NCBI GenBank assembly: GCA_965223345.1
Contig: CBDCWG010000012.1
Span: 3,104,001-3,168,000 of the forward strand
Reading direction: 5' to 3'
Source of the DNA: Nitrospinales bacterium
Lineage (GTDB): Bacteria > Nitrospinota > Nitrospinia > Nitrospinales > VA-1
Length of the DNA: 64,000 nt
The notes under the pieces are model-generated. The model did not search any database, had not been told where the DNA came from, and saw only the letters and a list, made by a program, of their open reading frames with translations. The position numbers were made by a program, and so were the translations under genes. The stretch's first letter is position 1. Every line of letters starts with the position of its first letter. Below, piece after piece: positions 61,147-64,000 of this stretch.

Positions 61147-62394
61147 ATGAAACTCACGCTGCTCACCACCTCGTCCCCCCGGTTTGAGGGGGATTTCGCG
61201 GGCTCCTTCGTGCACAAGTACGCGCGGGAGCTGGCCCGCTCCGGCTGCAAGGTACGGGTGATCGCGCCGCACGACGTGCAGGTGGCGGAATCCGCCGACG
61301 CGGACGGCATCGAGCGCACGCATTTCAAATACATGCTGCCGGAGCGCCTGCAGACGCTGGCCTACGGCGCGGGGATGATCCCGCGGGTGCGCCACAACCC
61401 GCTGCGCCTGCTGCAGCTGCCGCTGTTCATGATGTCCTTCTTCGTGGCCGCGCTGAAAGCGGCGAAAACGACGGATGTGTTCCAGACGTTCTGGTCCCTG
61501 AGCGCCGGCGTGGCGCTTTCAGTCAAGGCGGTCACGAAAACGCCGGTGGTCGTGCGCCTGACCGGGGCGGACATCCATCTGGCGCGCACGCGCTGGATCG
61601 CGCCGCTGATCGCGCGCCTGCTGAACTTTGCCGACGGCATCGTCTGCCAGAGCGAGCAGTTCAAGGACGAACTGCTGAAAGCCGGGGTGCGGGAAAGCCT
61701 CATTACCATTCTCTCCAACGGCATCGAACTGGAACGCTTCCAGTCGCAGGACAGGAAAAAAGCGCGCCGGAAACTGGCGCTGCCTGCCGATGCGCCGGTG
61801 GTTCTCACGGTGGGGCGGCTGTCCCCGTCCAAAGGGCACACGCATCTTTTGGAAGCCGCCGCAGCCATCCGCGAGCGGATTCCCGGCGCGCTGTTCGTGT
61901 GGGTCGGCGATGGCGATCTGCGCGCAGAGCTTGAGTCCGAAGCCGCGGCGCGCGGCCTGAGCGATGCGGTGATCTTCGCCGGATCGCAGAACCAGTCCCG
62001 CATCCCTTTGTGGCTGAGCGCGGCGGACGTGTTCGCGCTTCCCAGCCTGCTGGACGGCTCGCCCAATATCCTGCTGGAAGCGATGGCCTGCGGGCTGCCG
62101 ATCGTCGCGACCACGGTGGGAGGCATCCCCGAAATGATATCCGATACGCAGGACGGCCTGCTGGTGCCGCCCGCATCCGCCGAAGCGCTGGCGCGCAAAC
62201 TCACCGACCTGCTGGAGGACCCGGTGTACCGGGATCTCTTAAGTCAGAACGCGCAGGAAACGGTGCGCACACGCTACGGCACCTGGCAGGCGCAGACGCA
62301 GCGGCTCAAAGAGATCTACCAGGGGCTGATGCCGAACGGCGCCCCCTCCCCCGCAGCCGCCGGCAAAGACGCCGAAAAAGAAACGGTCCTCTGA
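61147..62394 (+). CDS. GT4-family glycosyltransferase (start may be 61084)
   Basis: NGI, VGRL...KG, VGDG, PS..DG.P..LLEAMACG.P.V.T.VGG. Confidence 0.9.
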   Translation: MKLTLLTTSSPRFEGDFAGSFVHKYARELARSGCKVRVIAPHDVQVAESADADGIERTHFKYMLPERLQTLAYGAGMIPRVRHNPLRLLQLPLFMMSFFVAALKAAKTTDVFQTFWSLSAGVALSVKAVTKTPVVVRLTGADIHLARTRWIAPLIARLLNFADGIVCQSEQFKDELLKAGVRESLITILSNGIELERFQSQDRKKARRKLALPADAPVVLTVGRLSPSKGHTHLLEAAAAIRERIPGALFVWVGDGDLRAELESEAAARGLSDAVIFAGSQNQSRIPLWLSAADVFALPSLLDGSPNILLEAMACGLPIVATTVGGIPEMISDTQDGLLVPPASAEALARKLTDLLEDPVYRDLLSQNAQETVRTRYGTWQAQTQRLKEIYQGLMPNGAPSPAAAGKDAEKETVL

Positions 62395-62417
62395 TCCCCC
62401 GCAACCCGGAATAAACC

Positions 62418-64000
62418 ATGTGCGGACTCGCAGGTTTCATCCATCGCAACTGGACCTCCCAGGAAGGGCTCGAGCACCTGAAACGCATGGGCGACACGCT
62501 GACCCACCGCGGGCCGGACGATGCGGGCGAGTGGTACGATCCGGAATCCGGCGTCGGGCTGGCGCACCGGCGGCTTTCGATTCAGGACGTCAGCAAGCAG
62601 GGGCATCAGCCGATGCTGTCCGCCAGCGGGCGCTACGCCATCGTCTACAACGGCGAGATCTACAATTTTCAGGAAATCCGCCGCCGCCTCGAAGACGCCA
62701 CCACGGGAACCGGCTACCCGGTTTCCTGGCGCGGGCACTCGGACACGGAGGTGATCCTCGAAGCCATCGAGCAATGGGGGCTTCTGGGGGTCATCCACCA
62801 GTTCGTCGGCATGTTCGCCTTCGCGCTTTGGGACAAGGTGGAAGGCCGCCTGCATCTGGTGCGCGACCGGCTGGGCATCAAGCCGCTCTACTACGGCTGG
62901 CACAACGGCTCGTTCGTGTTCGGCTCCGAACTCAAGGCGATCCGCGCGTTCCCGCAATTCACCGGCCGCGTCAACCGCGACGCGCTGGCTCTCTTCATGC
63001 GGCACAATTACATCCCGGCGCCGCATTCGATCTACGACGACATCTATAAGCTGCTGCCGGGCACGGTCCTGACCGTGGATCCGAACGCCGCGCCGCAGCT
63101 TGCGGCTCCGGCGCCGTACTGGTCGCTGAAACAGGTGGCGAAGCAGGGCCTGGAAAACCGCTTCAGCGGGTCGGACGCCGAAGCGGCGGACGAATTGGAA
63201 AACCTGCTCAAAGAAGCGGTGGGTCTGCGCATGATCGCCGACGTGCCGCTGGGGGCGTTTTTGTCGGGAGGCATCGACTCCTCCCTGGTCGTGGCGCTGA
63301 TGCAGGCGCAGAGCGAACGGCCGGTCAAGACATTCTGCATCGGTTTCAGCGAAGAAGACTACAACGAGGCGGTGCACGCGCAGGCGGTCGCCAAGCATCT
63401 GGGCACCGACCACACGGAGCTGTACGTTTCCCCGGAGATGGCGCTGGATGTGGTTCCCCGACTGCCGGAGCTGTACGACGAGCCGTTCGCGGACCCCTCG
63501 CAGATCCCGACGTTTCTGGTATCGAAACTGACGCGCGGACAGGTGACGGTGAGCCTGTCCGGCGACGGCGGCGACGAGCTGTTCGCGGGCTACAACCGCT
63601 ATTTTCTCGGCCGCAGGCTGCGCGCGACGGCGGGACGGCTGCCGCTTTCCGTACGGCAGTTTCTGGCGGACAAAATCGGAGCGGTGCCGCCGGAGACCTG
63701 GAACCGGCTGGCCTCGCGCTGGATCGGACGGCTCGCGCCGCGCTGGCGGCAGGCGAGACCGGGCTATCTCATGCGCAAGCTGGCGGATTTTCTGCCGTTC
63801 GAAGGGCGGGAGTCGTTCTACCGCGGGCTGGTCTCGCTGTGGCACTCGCCCGAAGCGCTGGTGACCGGCGCGGTGGAACTGCCGACGCTGTTCAACCAGA
63901 CGATCCCCTGGGAGCGGCGGCCGGATTTCATCCACTGGATGCTGTTCGTGGACACGCTGAGCAGCCTGCCCGACGACATCCTCACCAAGGTGGACCGGGC
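62418..64000 (+). CDS. asnB: asparagine synthase (glutamine-hydrolysing)-like amidotransferase, runs off the window
   Basis: MCGLAG, HRGPD, HRRLSI.D, YNGEIYN, RDRLGIKPLYY, LSGGIDSS, SGDGGDELF.GY. Confidence 0.92.
   Translation, partial: MCGLAGFIHRNWTSQEGLEHLKRMGDTLTHRGPDDAGEWYDPESGVGLAHRRLSIQDVSKQGHQPMLSASGRYAIVYNGEIYNFQEIRRRLEDATTGTGYPVSWRGHSDTEVILEAIEQWGLLGVIHQFVGMFAFALWDKVEGRLHLVRDRLGIKPLYYGWHNGSFVFGSELKAIRAFPQFTGRVNRDALALFMRHNYIPAPHSIYDDIYKLLPGTVLTVDPNAAPQLAAPAPYWSLKQVAKQGLENRFSGSDAEAADELENLLKEAVGLRMIADVPLGAFLSGGIDSSLVVALMQAQSERPVKTFCIGFSEEDYNEAVHAQAVAKHLGTDHTELYVSPEMALDVVPRLPELYDEPFADPSQIPTFLVSKLTRGQVTVSLSGDGGDELFAGYNRYFLGRRLRATAGRLPLSVRQFLADKIGAVPPETWNRLASRWIGRLAPRWRQARPGYLMRKLADFLPFEGRESFYRGLVSLWHSPEALVTGAVELPTLFNQTIPWERRPDFIHWMLFVDTLSSLPDDILTKVDR

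Overview
Window from a Gram-negative, moderately GC-rich bacterial chromosome. I found no rRNA, tRNA, CRISPR array, integrase or transposase. Layout from left to right: (1) the tail of a glycan-modification locus (TylF-type methyltransferase, NeuD/PglD-type acetyltransferase) and two lipoproteins; (2) a signalling block at 3.5-17.5 kb (outer-membrane barrel + CHASE kinase, fatty-acid desaturase, TonB receptor-YfiR-hybrid kinase-REC operon, a GNAT/thermostable-hemolysin-like + heme-oxygenase-like diiron pair, a cNMP-PAS-GGDEF-EAL protein); (3) a ~22 kb glutamyl-peptide ligation/hydrolysis cluster at 18.4-40.6 kb with three different ATP-grasp ligases (CP-ATP-grasp in an alpha-E/Anbu/transglutaminase operon, a Ddl-like ligase fused to an M20 domain that has lost its metal ligands, RimK with RimB-like and M14 peptidases), two GGTs with altered amino-group pockets and an N-formylglutamate amidohydrolase, interleaved with MscS-like, MgtE and cation/H+ antiporter genes; (4) core genes tig, ispG, a PflX-like radical SAM and a yejABEF-like ABC importer split by a thioredoxin-CcdA-like gene; (5) a 52.8-58 kb region rich in features below the ORF-track cutoff: twin ~30-aa membrane peptides sharing YVLWCLYLL, other SD-led microproteins, a candidate sigma54-driven ~108-nt sRNA, tandem TGTGA-N6-TCACA sites and an orphan curlin; (6) proline dehydrogenase, a GT4 glycosyltransferase and a truncated asnB. 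Family assignments come from motif recognition by eye, not from database searches.
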